In this document: positions 1-8,577 of the stretch, piece by piece
How the letters are laid out: every line of letters begins with the position of its first letter
Numbering within the stretch: the first letter of the stretch is position 1
Assembly: GCA_009785555.1 (NCBI GenBank)
Contig: WQWB01000001.1
Coordinates: 1 to 64,000, forward strand
Source of the DNA: Defluviitaleaceae bacterium
GTDB lineage: Bacteria; Bacillota; Clostridia; Lachnospirales; WRAX01
DNA length: 64,000 nt
Reading direction: 5' to 3'
Position numbers and translations under genes: made by a program
Notes under the pieces: model-generated
What the model was told of the DNA's origin: nothing
Database searches by the model: none
What the model saw: the letters and a program-made list of their open reading frames with translations, nothing else

Positions 1-72
1 AACATATTATAAACCCATTCCATTTGGTGGCGGTTTAACGGCCATATCCTAGATTAGATACCAAAATTCCGC

Positions 73-1284
73 ATGATGAACTTAAATAAAAATGAAGAGG
101 TACATATGACGCAACCCGATAAACCAGAGATCCGTTCATCAACGGGCATAAGCGAGCTGGATCGCGTACTGTCCGGCGGCATCGTGCGCGGCTCCCTCAC
201 CCTTGTGGGCGGCGAGCCGGGCGTAGGCAAATCAACGCTTCTTTTGCAGCTATGTAAGGGTATCGGAATCTCGCCGATTTTATACGTTTCAGGGGAAGAA
301 TCTCTTACACAGGTCAAACTCCGTGCTTCCCGCCTTGGCGCGGCGCGGCAGGGGCTTTTTATGATATCGGAAACGTCACTTGCCGCCGTATCCGCCGCGG
401 TTGACAAACTAAGCCCCGGCCTCATTATAATTGATTCCATCCAAACCATGTGCGACGAAAACCTGCCCAACACCCCCGGCACACCCACGCAGATACGCGA
501 GTGCGCCGGCTTCCTCATGCGCCTGGCCAAATCCCGCGACATCAGCGTCGTGATGATAGGCCACGTTACAAAGGAAGGCAGCATCGCCGGGCCCAAGCTA
601 TTGGAGCATATGGTTGACACAGTCCTCTACTTTGAAGGCGACAAGCAGCTGCATTACCGCATTATCCGTGCCGCCAAAAACCGTTTCGGCGCGACGAACG
701 AGATAGGCGTGTTTGAGATGCAGAACGACGGCCTTATCGAAATCCCAAATCCATCGGCCTACATGCTTTCCGGCCGGCCATCCGATGCGCCCGGCTCCGT
801 CGTTACATGCGCGATGGAGGGGTCTAGACCGATATTGTCAGAAGTACAGGCACTTGCGAGCCGTACCAGCTTTGGCATGCCGCGCCGCGTGGCTGACGGG
901 TGCGACTATAACCGCGTTGTAATGCTTATCGCGATACTCGAAAAGCGCGGCGGCATAAACTTCGGCAACCACGACTGCTACGTAAACATAGCCGGAGGTA
1001 TGGAGATAAAGGAACCGGCGGTGGATTTGGCAATTGTCGCCGCCTTGGCGTCCAGCTACAAAAACAAGGCATTGCCGGAGGGTATGGTCGTTTTCGGCGA
1101 AACGGGGTTAACAGGCGAGGCACGCGCAGTGGCACACGCGGAAAAGCGCGTGTACGAGGCGGCGCGGCTTGGGTTTACACAATGCGTTTTGCCCCAAGCC
1201 AATTTAAAGGGGCTCAAGCCTCCGGAAGGTATTAAGGTATATGGCGCAGCAAATGTTGGTGAGATGCTTGCGTCGGTGTTGTAG
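73..1284 (+). CDS. radA: DNA repair protein RadA/Sms lacking the N-terminal C4 zinc finger
   Basis: Walker A GEPGVGKST, RadA-specific KNRFG motif and a Lon-like C-terminal domain. An in-frame stop at 55-57 means no zinc-finger region can be encoded upstream. Confidence 0.85.
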   Translation: MMNLNKNEEVHMTQPDKPEIRSSTGISELDRVLSGGIVRGSLTLVGGEPGVGKSTLLLQLCKGIGISPILYVSGEESLTQVKLRASRLGAARQGLFMISETSLAAVSAAVDKLSPGLIIIDSIQTMCDENLPNTPGTPTQIRECAGFLMRLAKSRDISVVMIGHVTKEGSIAGPKLLEHMVDTVLYFEGDKQLHYRIIRAAKNRFGATNEIGVFEMQNDGLIEIPNPSAYMLSGRPSDAPGSVVTCAMEGSRPILSEVQALASRTSFGMPRRVADGCDYNRVVMLIAILEKRGGINFGNHDCYVNIAGGMEIKEPAVDLAIVAALASSYKNKALPEGMVVFGETGLTGEARAVAHAEKRVYEAARLGFTQCVLPQANLKGLKPPEGIKVYGAANVGEMLASVL

Positions 1285-1334
1285 TTGGCAATATTCCTAT
1301 AATTAAAGAAGAAATTTGCTGAAAAAAGTTCTTG

Positions 1335-1366
1335 ACATGTATGACAAATAGTGCTAAAATTCACAT
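1335..1366 (+). promoter_or_regulatory. sigma-A type promoter (TTGACA-17-TGcTAAAAT) upstream of regulator 1
   Basis: Consensus -35 and extended -10 read directly from the sequence. Confidence 0.4.
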
Positions 1367-2662
1367 ATGTATATATTCAAGTTTGAAGATTTCCAACAAA
1401 TCCAGTATGAGAAAATAAAACAAATCAGAACAAGGCTTGAGCTTTCACAGGAAGACGTTGCCAAAAAGCTGGGGCTTTCGCTTGCAGAATATATGGATAT
1501 AGAGTGCGGCCAACAAAGAATTACACCGGAACTGTTGTCAAACTTGAAAACCGCTTTAAACCTGCACAGAGTACCTATAACGTCGGATGAAATTGCGGAG
1601 TTTGAAGCATCCCTATGGAACTGGCGGGACATGATAAACGGCTGGCTGGTAGACTCCGCCATCGAGGCGCAGCCCTATCTTGAGCATAGCGCGTACCTCT
1701 CCTGCGATCCGGATCTATTTGATATTTATACATTGATTAGCGTCGGATTTTACCGCTTGGTAAGAAACGAGAAAGCGGCCAGCGCGGCGATGCTGACTTT
1801 AGAAAATAATTTGTTTCGGCTTTCCCGCGCAAACGAAATACGCTTCCTCGTAATGCGGGGAACGGGTGCTATCAGTAAATATGACCACAGATCAGCCTAT
1901 TCGGATTTAATAGAAGCATATAAGCTAGATGAGGGATATAATATTGCCAATTATGGGTTATACCACCATCTCGCAATCTGCTTCACAAAATTTGGCTTTG
2001 CTTATATGGCTATAAACTTTATCATGAAAGCCCGCGAAAAGGCAAAGAATGATAAAAATTACGAAACATTGCTACATCATACAAATATTCTACTCGCAAC
2101 TAATTATGCGTCCATCGGGATGTTTAATGAATCTTTGGATATTATAAATACTTGTTCAACTTTTGAAAAGGCAAATTATATACACCAACCAACGATGATA
2201 TATATCCATTACGCACAAGCACATATTTTCTATGGGATGCATAAATACGATTTAGCGTTAAAATATTGCAATAGTGCCATTGAAAGAATGGCACATAAAG
2301 ATACGAATTATCTCACCTTTTTATTTTTAAAAACTAAGATATGTTCGATGCAAGGCAATTTAGCTGAATTTTTGATTAGTTTGAACGAGGGGCTTATTTC
2401 GTCGCAAAACAATTCAATATTTAGCATTAAATTTAATGCAATAAAGCATTTTGCTACCCTCCACGAGTACCAATCATTAGACTATATAGCAGAAGTAGCA
2501 ATACCGAATATGCTTTACGAAATGCGTTATGATTTCGCCATCGAATGTTTTGACAGGCTAAGTGAACATTACACAAGAACTAAACAATATGAATTATCAA
2601 ATAAATATGCGTTACTGGCAAGGCAATATACACAAAAATTATTTATGGGGGATTTATCATGA
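1367..2662 (+). CDS. XRE-family HTH + TPR transcriptional regulator (RNPP/NprR-like), paralog 1
   Basis: N-terminal HTH (LSQEDVAKKLGLS), long AT-rich TPR-like C-terminal region, ESLWNWR motif shared with the paralog at 21841. The stop codon overlaps the start of a small peptide gene. Confidence 0.7.
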   Translation: MYIFKFEDFQQIQYEKIKQIRTRLELSQEDVAKKLGLSLAEYMDIECGQQRITPELLSNLKTALNLHRVPITSDEIAEFEASLWNWRDMINGWLVDSAIEAQPYLEHSAYLSCDPDLFDIYTLISVGFYRLVRNEKAASAAMLTLENNLFRLSRANEIRFLVMRGTGAISKYDHRSAYSDLIEAYKLDEGYNIANYGLYHHLAICFTKFGFAYMAINFIMKAREKAKNDKNYETLLHHTNILLATNYASIGMFNESLDIINTCSTFEKANYIHQPTMIYIHYAQAHIFYGMHKYDLALKYCNSAIERMAHKDTNYLTFLFLKTKICSMQGNLAEFLISLNEGLISSQNNSIFSIKFNAIKHFATLHEYQSLDYIAEVAIPNMLYEMRYDFAIECFDRLSEHYTRTKQYELSNKYALLARQYTQKLFMGDLS

Positions 2663-2820
2663 AAAAAGTAATTAAATCGTTAATGCTTGTGGTCTTTTCG
2701 TTAATTTTAATCGTGGGTATAAGCGTTCCGTTGGCAGCGGATCCTCTCGATCCACCGCTTACACCATGTCCGATATGCAACCCGGACGGCAGATCAATTA
2801 TAGAATGTGAATACTGCTAG
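2659..2820 (+). CDS. small secreted Cys-rich propeptide (53 aa), translationally coupled to regulator 1
   Basis: ATGA start/stop overlap. Reads MKKVIKSLMLVVFSLILIVGISVPLAA|DPLDPPLTPCPICNPDGRSIIECEYC: a signal peptide then a Pro/Cys-rich mature region. Its core is conserved with the peptides at 23100 and 23405. Confidence 0.6.
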   Translation: MKKVIKSLMLVVFSLILIVGISVPLAADPLDPPLTPCPICNPDGRSIIECEYC

Positions 2821-2847
2821 GCAAAATGTAAAATACTTTGTTATGCT

Positions 2848-2883
2848 AGCCAAGCCCTTAGTTTTATATGGGCTTGGCTTTTT
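2848..2883. terminator. rho-independent terminator (bidirectional)
   Basis: AGCCAAGCCC...GGGCTTGGCT stem followed by a T-run. It lies between convergent genes. Confidence 0.5.
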
Positions 2884-2905
2884 GCTGAAGATCGCCGCTC
2901 CTACT

Positions 2906-4573
2906 CTACTGAGGGATAAGCCGCGGCGCTGGCCTGCCTCTTTCTATAGGTATAAAAAACGTGGATTCGACGTTGTCTTCCCGTTCGTTCACTTGTAAAT
3001 ATCTGGCAGAAAATATTATTGGGAAAACGCCGGTTTCCGCTCCATTTGTCACCATAAAATAAAACCCTGCCTCCACAATGCCGCGCGAGCCGATGGCTGG
3101 TACAATTACCGTGTTTGAGCCCAAAAGGCTTACACTCCCCTCCGTGCGCATCACAGTAATGATTATGTCGCTTGCCGGTGCGTTGCCAAGATTTCTAATG
3201 CTGGCGTAGACTTTAAACTTCTCTTCATTGATAGAAGTAATTCGGAAATCACTTATAACTAACCGCGGAAACGCATTTGCGTTACCTGCTTCACGTACAA
3301 AGGCCGGTATATAGAGCGTCCCGCTCTGCCTCACATTATTTACATCCGTAAATATGTAGTTTATTGGGATACTAACTTCACCCGAACGTATGTTACCGTC
3401 GGCAAGCGGATTTATATATACGGTAAAATCCGCCGTCCCGCCGCTGTGCAGCGTCCTCGCGGCGGCAGGGCGCATTTCATTGCGCCACCCAAACATCATG
3501 CCTGTGGAGAATGTTAAGTCCCTTGCATTAAACCTTCCTTCATTATAGATGGAAATAGTTACTGTTTGGGTTTCGCCTGGCGTAATCGTTAGATATTGCG
3601 TCGGCGTGGTAAGCGAAAGCCTTGCCGGGGCGACCGGGGTTGGGGTTGGTATTGGCGATGGGGCTGGCGTTGCAACAGGGGGCTGTGTTGGCATTACGGC
3701 AGGCAGATTTGGCGAAATTGGCTGAACGCTATAAGTAAGATAACCCGTAACAATACCACGCCTACCCTCGCCGGTTAGGAAGTTTGCGGTTACCTCAACA
3801 TAACCAAACTGCACACCCTGCACAGGTGCGGACGAACCCGCGCTTATACGCACCGTTTGCGCTCGCGTTTCACCGGGTTCTATAATAACCGGCTCGTTTA
3901 AAATTGGGGAAAGGTTTATGCCTGGAGAAGCAGTGGAAAAGCCAATACCGGTAAGCGTTATCGGCGCGGTGCTTATATTTGTCATAAGTATTGACGAATA
4001 TGTAGGAAACGTACGGTCGACGTGTACGTGGCCGCCCTGCAGCATAAGCCCAGCGCCGTCTTCCGGCAATAACGGCGGCAATCCGGCAAAGTCCTCAATA
4101 AATACAAAAATATGATGCTCGAAAGATATGTTTATGTCGAACGGGTCACCTTCGTCCGCCGCGTACCAGCCGTTCATCGCAAAGCCGAAAACACCGGGTC
4201 TGGCGTGTGTTGCGTCTACTACAACTTCCAGGCGTACGGTATCGTCAGGGTAACCTAAATGGCCGAGATGGCGGATAGAGATAAACTGAATGTTCGGATC
4301 ATTGACACCCGGGCCGATAAAGCTAAACCCGGTGATAGAAATATTGTATAAATCAACATATGGCACGGTACGCTCAAATGTAAATTGTATTATGATATGG
4401 CGCATTCCGCGTTCTATGCGCGCCTCGTTATGCTGGATAACCCTAAGGAATGGCGTATATGTCACGCGCTCTGGCGGCGCGGCGGCGACGGGCATTGAAG
4501 TGTAAGTCGCAAATAATGCCAATAATCCAACTAAAACAATTGAAAATATTATTGCCTTCATAATCATCACCAA
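2906..4573 (-). CDS. secreted protein of unknown function with a Pro/Thr-rich linker
   Basis: N-terminal signal peptide, PTQPPVATPAPSPIPTPTPVAPA linker, 555 aa. Confidence 0.55.
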   Translation of the reverse strand: MVMIMKAIIFSIVLVGLLALFATYTSMPVAAAPPERVTYTPFLRVIQHNEARIERGMRHIIIQFTFERTVPYVDLYNISITGFSFIGPGVNDPNIQFISIRHLGHLGYPDDTVRLEVVVDATHARPGVFGFAMNGWYAADEGDPFDINISFEHHIFVFIEDFAGLPPLLPEDGAGLMLQGGHVHVDRTFPTYSSILMTNISTAPITLTGIGFSTASPGINLSPILNEPVIIEPGETRAQTVRISAGSSAPVQGVQFGYVEVTANFLTGEGRRGIVTGYLTYSVQPISPNLPAVMPTQPPVATPAPSPIPTPTPVAPARLSLTTPTQYLTITPGETQTVTISIYNEGRFNARDLTFSTGMMFGWRNEMRPAAARTLHSGGTADFTVYINPLADGNIRSGEVSIPINYIFTDVNNVRQSGTLYIPAFVREAGNANAFPRLVISDFRITSINEEKFKVYASIRNLGNAPASDIIITVMRTEGSVSLLGSNTVIVPAIGSRGIVEAGFYFMVTNGAETGVFPIIFSARYLQVNEREDNVESTFFIPIERGRPAPRLIPQ

Positions 4574-4674
4574 TACAATAAATTTTTATTTGTATGTAAT
4601 GGTATCAGATAATTGAAATATTGTCAACTATTTTTGTCGAATTTTCTGATAAATTGCCGAAAGTATAGATAAAC

Positions 4675-4708
4675 ATCCCGAGAGCAATAAAATCTCTCGG
4701 GATGTTTT
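4675..4708 (-). terminator. hairpin terminator downstream of the fur-family gene
   Basis: CATCCCGAGAGC...GCTCTCGGGATG stem with flanking T/A runs. Confidence 0.35.
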
Positions 4709-4731
4709 GGTTATATAGAGGAGGAACACAA

Positions 4732-5106
4732 TCAATAACTGCATTTTTTGCATATCCCAGAAAAAGATATAAGGCACTCCGTAATCTCAAATTCATCTGA
4801 CGGCTGTACATTTTTCATCACAATGTCAGCCAGGCTTCCGTCCACGTCATATACGCACTCGCAGTTGCCGCAGATAAAATGGTAGTGTTCGTGGCAATTG
4901 TGGTCATAGTGGTTGGATCCGGACAGCGCGCCGACGGAGAGCAATTCACCGCCATCCGCAAGTTGCTTTAGGTTACGGTAAACGGTGGCTTTGCTGATGC
5001 TGGGATGAGTTTTGTGGACATACTCAAAAACCTGTTCCGCCGTTGCATGTATATTTAATTCGGCTACGGCGTTTAAGATTATCTGCCGTTGCAACGTGTT
5101 TCTCAT
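4732..5106 (-). CDS. Fur family transcriptional regulator (PerR-like)
   Basis: Fur-family winged helix, HxH and CxxC...CxxC metal sites. Adjacent to a rubrerythrin gene. Confidence 0.8.
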   Translation of the reverse strand: MRNTLQRQIILNAVAELNIHATAEQVFEYVHKTHPSISKATVYRNLKQLADGGELLSVGALSGSNHYDHNCHEHYHFICGNCECVYDVDGSLADIVMKNVQPSDEFEITECLISFSGICKKCSY

Positions 5107-5107
5107 G

Positions 5108-5650
5108 TTAGAAATACCGCTTTAACAAACCATCAAACGCCATGCCATGGCGCGCTTCATCCTTACACATTTCGTGCACAGTGTCGTGTATGGCGTCCAG
5201 GTTAAGTTGCTTTGCCCTTCTTGCGATATCCAATTTACCCTGTGTTGCGCCGTGTTCAGCCAGTACGCGCATTTCAAGGTTTTTCTTTGTGGAGGCATCA
5301 AGCACCTCACCCAAAAGTTCGGCGAACTTAGCAGCGTGCTCCGCCTCCTCAAAAGCGATACGCTTATACGCCTCAGCAACTTCTGGATAACCTTCACGGT
5401 CCGCTTGGCGGCTCATGGCAAGATACATGCCGACTTCGGTGCATTCGCCTAAGAAGTGCTGTCTAAGGCCTTCAACAATCTCCGGGTCAACGTCTTTTGC
5501 AACGCCGATTCTGTGTTCGTCGGCGTAGGCCAGCTTACCTTCGGCCTGCTCTACAAACTTTTCCGCCGGAACGTGGCATTGCGGGCATTTTTCCGGTGCC
5601 GCGTTACCCTCGTGTGCATAGCCGCAAATTGTACAGATAAATTTTTTCAT
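5108..5650 (-). CDS. reverse rubrerythrin (N-terminal rubredoxin-like CxxC..CxxC followed by a ferritin-like diiron domain)
   Basis: CTICGY...CPQC at the N-terminus, EExH diiron motifs downstream. Confidence 0.85.
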   Translation of the reverse strand: MKKFICTICGYAHEGNAAPEKCPQCHVPAEKFVEQAEGKLAYADEHRIGVAKDVDPEIVEGLRQHFLGECTEVGMYLAMSRQADREGYPEVAEAYKRIAFEEAEHAAKFAELLGEVLDASTKKNLEMRVLAEHGATQGKLDIARRAKQLNLDAIHDTVHEMCKDEARHGMAFDGLLKRYF

Positions 5651-5761
5651 GGTGTTTCTCCCTTCAAGGATAAAAATTTTATATAAATCATAATGACAAT
5701 TGTTATTATACAGTAATGATTATCGTTTGTCAATAGGTTTTTGAAAAAAATTTGAAAACTT

Positions 5762-5816
5762 TTTGTCGAACAATAAGATTAAATGTTTGACAAGACTCGA
5801 CAAAATATTGTATAAT
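5762..5816 (+). promoter_or_regulatory. perfect Spo0A box (TTTGTCGAA) followed by a consensus sigma-A promoter (TTGACA-18-TATAAT), with no annotated gene for ~440 nt
   Basis: 0A box at 5762-5770, -35 at 5787-5792, -10 at 5811-5816. Confidence 0.4.
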
Positions 5817-6125
5817 GATGTTGTAAATTGTATAATGGTGTTATAAGATGTAAATCAATAAAAGAACGGACGTGCTAATGTCTGTTCAGTGCAGAGTTTA
5901 CCGCAAACGGTATAACGGTCGCACTCCTGAACTATTTTATTTCATTCAAGAAAACAAGCCACTATTACTCGCAAGTTTTGGGCGGCTTTTTTTCTTTCTG
6001 TTTTTATCTTTAACTTTTCTTTTCTTACGCTTTGTTTTGTATGTATGCCAAAACGCAAGAGCCGATAAAACTAACCAATGAGTTGTTAAAATTAGATAAA
6101 AAAATTTAAAAAAACTAAATCAAAT

Positions 6126-6172
6126 CATTGCATTGCGGTCATCCTCCTTTCTGGAGTGTCGACCGCAATATA
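6126..6172. repeat. CCGCAAT-type hairpin repeat (short copy)
   Basis: ATTGCGGTC...GACCGCAAT inverted repeat. Confidence 0.4.
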
Positions 6173-6259
6173 ATTTAATAGAAAAAGAATATACTCCTTG
6201 ACGAAAGTATGGATTCATAGTATTATAATGATTAAATAAAGTTTATCTTTGGAGAAAAC

Positions 6260-6772
6260 ATGGACATACGCGACAAGATACACGAAATGCGCGACTTTCC
6301 CAAGCCAGGCATAGTCTTCCGCGATATTACGCCGCTTCTTTCCGACCCGGCGTATTTTTCTCATGCGGTCAACCAAATTGTTGGTAAGCTTGACAGCGTT
6401 GAGTTTGATATGATAATAAGCCCAGAGTCCCGCGGGTTTATTTTCGGCGTACCCGTCGCTTTACGGATGAGCAAGCCATTCATACCGGCGCGCAAGCCAG
6501 GCAAGCTGCCGCGCGAGGTTTTGCGTGCGGAGTATGGGCTTGAGTACGGCAACGATATTTTGGAGATACATGCCGACGACATACCCCGCGGCGGCAAAGT
6601 TGTTATCGTTGACGATCTGCTGGCCACGGGAGGTACGGTGCGCGCTATGTGCGACATGATTGAGTCCGCCGGCGCAGAGGTTGTCGGCCTTGTATTTTTG
6701 ATAGAGCTTGCAAATTTGTACGGAAGGAAAAGGCTTGGCGGCTACGGCGTTAAGTCCTTGATAACATACTGA
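6260..6772 (+). CDS. apt: adenine phosphoribosyltransferase
   Basis: PRPP-binding motif VVIVDDLLATGGT, 170 aa. Its own TTGACG-17-TATAAT promoter sits at ~6199-6228. Confidence 0.9.
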   Translation: MDIRDKIHEMRDFPKPGIVFRDITPLLSDPAYFSHAVNQIVGKLDSVEFDMIISPESRGFIFGVPVALRMSKPFIPARKPGKLPREVLRAEYGLEYGNDILEIHADDIPRGGKVVIVDDLLATGGTVRAMCDMIESAGAEVVGLVFLIELANLYGRKRLGGYGVKSLITY

Positions 6773-7410
6773 TGTTTATAAACAACGTAAAGCTTGAGGC
6801 CACCGTCGTTGACAAAGCCGCCTTCCCCGCAGGCGACTTGCCGGAGGCATGTTTGTGCGGGCGGTCCAACGTCGGTAAGTCCAGCCTCGTAAATACCATG
6901 GTAAACCGTAAATCCCTTGCCCGTGTGTCGCAGAACCCGGGCAAAACAAGAACCATAAACTTCTTTAATGTGGAGGACAGAATGCGCCTCGTCGACCTGC
7001 CCGGCTACGGCTATGCCAAAACATCTAAAACGGAGAGCGCGAAATGGGGCAAGATGGTTGAAGGATATCTTAAGAACCGTGATTCTCTGCGCGCGATTAC
7101 CCTGCTTCTCGACATACGCCACGCACCAAACCAAAACGACAGGATGATGTACGATTTTGTAAGGCATTATAATTATGACCTTATCGTCGTTGCCACGAAA
7201 TGGGATAAAATACCTAAAAACAAGACGCAGACGCATCTCAACATGTTGCGTAAAGAGCTTGCGTTGCCCGGCCATGTACAGGTACTGCCTTTTTCATCGC
7301 ATAATAAGCAGGGGCGTGAAGAGCTTTGGCAAACTTTATTCGATATCTGTGAAGTTACTTTTGATAAAAATATTGATAAAAACATAAAGGAGAATATTAC
7401 AAATGAGTAA
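6772..7410 (+). CDS. engB: ribosome biogenesis GTP-binding protein YsxC/EngB
   Basis: G1 motif GRSNVGKSS, EngB fold and length. Confidence 0.85.
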   Translation: MFINNVKLEATVVDKAAFPAGDLPEACLCGRSNVGKSSLVNTMVNRKSLARVSQNPGKTRTINFFNVEDRMRLVDLPGYGYAKTSKTESAKWGKMVEGYLKNRDSLRAITLLLDIRHAPNQNDRMMYDFVRHYNYDLIVVATKWDKIPKNKTQTHLNMLRKELALPGHVQVLPFSSHNKQGREELWQTLFDICEVTFDKNIDKNIKENITNE

Positions 7411-7846
7411 TGCAAACGGATCATCGGTGGAATTTCGCGTGGACAAGCTTGAAAACGGCTTTGTTATCGACCATATCGCCGCTGGCAGCGGTGTGAGGAT
7501 TTACAAACACTTGAAATTGGACGAGCTCAAAAACGGCGTAGCACTTCTCCAAAACGTCCGCAGTGAAAAATATGGGCGCAAGGATCTAATCAAAATCGAA
7601 GGAAATTTGACGGTAGATTTGGACATGCTTGGATACATCGACCCAAACATCACCGTTGTCGTAGTTAGGGACGGCGAAGTAATTGATAAAAAGGAAACGA
7701 AGCTGCCAGACAAGCTGGTCAATATCGTGAACTGCAAAAATCCACGCTGCATTACATCCACGGAAGCGGAGCTTACGCAGGAATTTAACCTTACAGACAG
7801 AGCCAACAGGGTGTACCGCTGCACTTATTGCGAACAAAGCGCGTAG
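7403..7846 (+). CDS. pyrI: aspartate carbamoyltransferase regulatory subunit (no pyrB nearby)
   Basis: GFVIDHI, GRKDLIKIE and C-terminal Zn domain CKNPRCI...CTYCE. Confidence 0.85.
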   Translation: MSNANGSSVEFRVDKLENGFVIDHIAAGSGVRIYKHLKLDELKNGVALLQNVRSEKYGRKDLIKIEGNLTVDLDMLGYIDPNITVVVVRDGEVIDKKETKLPDKLVNIVNCKNPRCITSTEAELTQEFNLTDRANRVYRCTYCEQSA

Positions 7847-7866
7847 GCGCAGAGGGTTGATAATAT

Positions 7867-8577
7867 ATGAATAAAGTTCCTACACCACATATAAACGCCA
7901 AACTTGGGGATGTCGCCGAAACGGTGCTTATGCCGGGTGACCCACTTCGCGCCAAGTTTATCGCCGAAAAGTTTTTGGCAGATGTTGTTTGCTATAACGA
8001 AGTGCGCGGCATGCTTGGGTATACCGGTATTTATAACGGTAAGCGCGTTAGCGTACAAGGTTCCGGCATGGGTATGCCTTCCATGGGTATATACTGCCAT
8101 GAGCTTTATGCGTTTTACGGCGTTAAGCGTATTATCCGCATCGGTACGGCCGGAGCTTTGCAAGACGGGATGCAAATCGGTGACGTTATATTCGCCGCCG
8201 GCGCGTGTACGAACTCTTCTTGGGCCAATCAATATAATCTGCCCGGCTCGTTTGCCCCGCTCGCGGATTTTGGGCTGCTTGCAAGGGCAGCGCATAAAGC
8301 AAAGGAAACCAGGCTAAATTACCGCGTCGGAAACATACTCACGTCCGACACCTTTTACGACGCGGACAAAGCCGCCGCCGCACGCTGGCGCGAAATGGGC
8401 GTGCTTGCCGTGGAGATGGAAGCCGCCGCGCTGTACATGACGGCGGCGTTTCTTAAAAAAGAAGCATTGTGTATTTTGACGATATCCGACCATGTCTTTA
8501 CCGGCGAGGCCGCATCCGCCGAAACGCGCCAAACGGCTTTTATGGATATGTGCAGGATTGCGCTGGAGACGGCGTAA
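7867..8577 (+). CDS. deoD: purine nucleoside phosphorylase, DeoD type
   Basis: PNP/UDP family motifs, 236 aa. Confidence 0.85.
   Translation: MNKVPTPHINAKLGDVAETVLMPGDPLRAKFIAEKFLADVVCYNEVRGMLGYTGIYNGKRVSVQGSGMGMPSMGIYCHELYAFYGVKRIIRIGTAGALQDGMQIGDVIFAAGACTNSSWANQYNLPGSFAPLADFGLLARAAHKAKETRLNYRVGNILTSDTFYDADKAAAARWREMGVLAVEMEAAALYMTAAFLKKEALCILTISDHVFTGEAASAETRQTAFMDMCRIALETA

Noticed and set aside
54-620. 188-aa minus-strand ORF at the left edge
   Set aside because: Antisense to radA and rich in Arg/Pro/Ser, so a shadow ORF
5872-6081. 69-aa ORF downstream of the orphan promoter
   Set aside because: Low-complexity Phe/Leu-rich translation of a T-rich tract, with no RBS. More likely a non-coding leader or sRNA region.
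6742-7275. 177-aa minus-strand ORF
   Set aside because: Antisense to engB, which has clear GTPase motifs, and has no recognisable features
8469-8576. N-terminal extension of the TraX ORF in the track (start at 8469)
   Set aside because: The extension overlaps the deoD 3' end in another frame. The conserved TraX N-terminus begins at the ATG at 8577.
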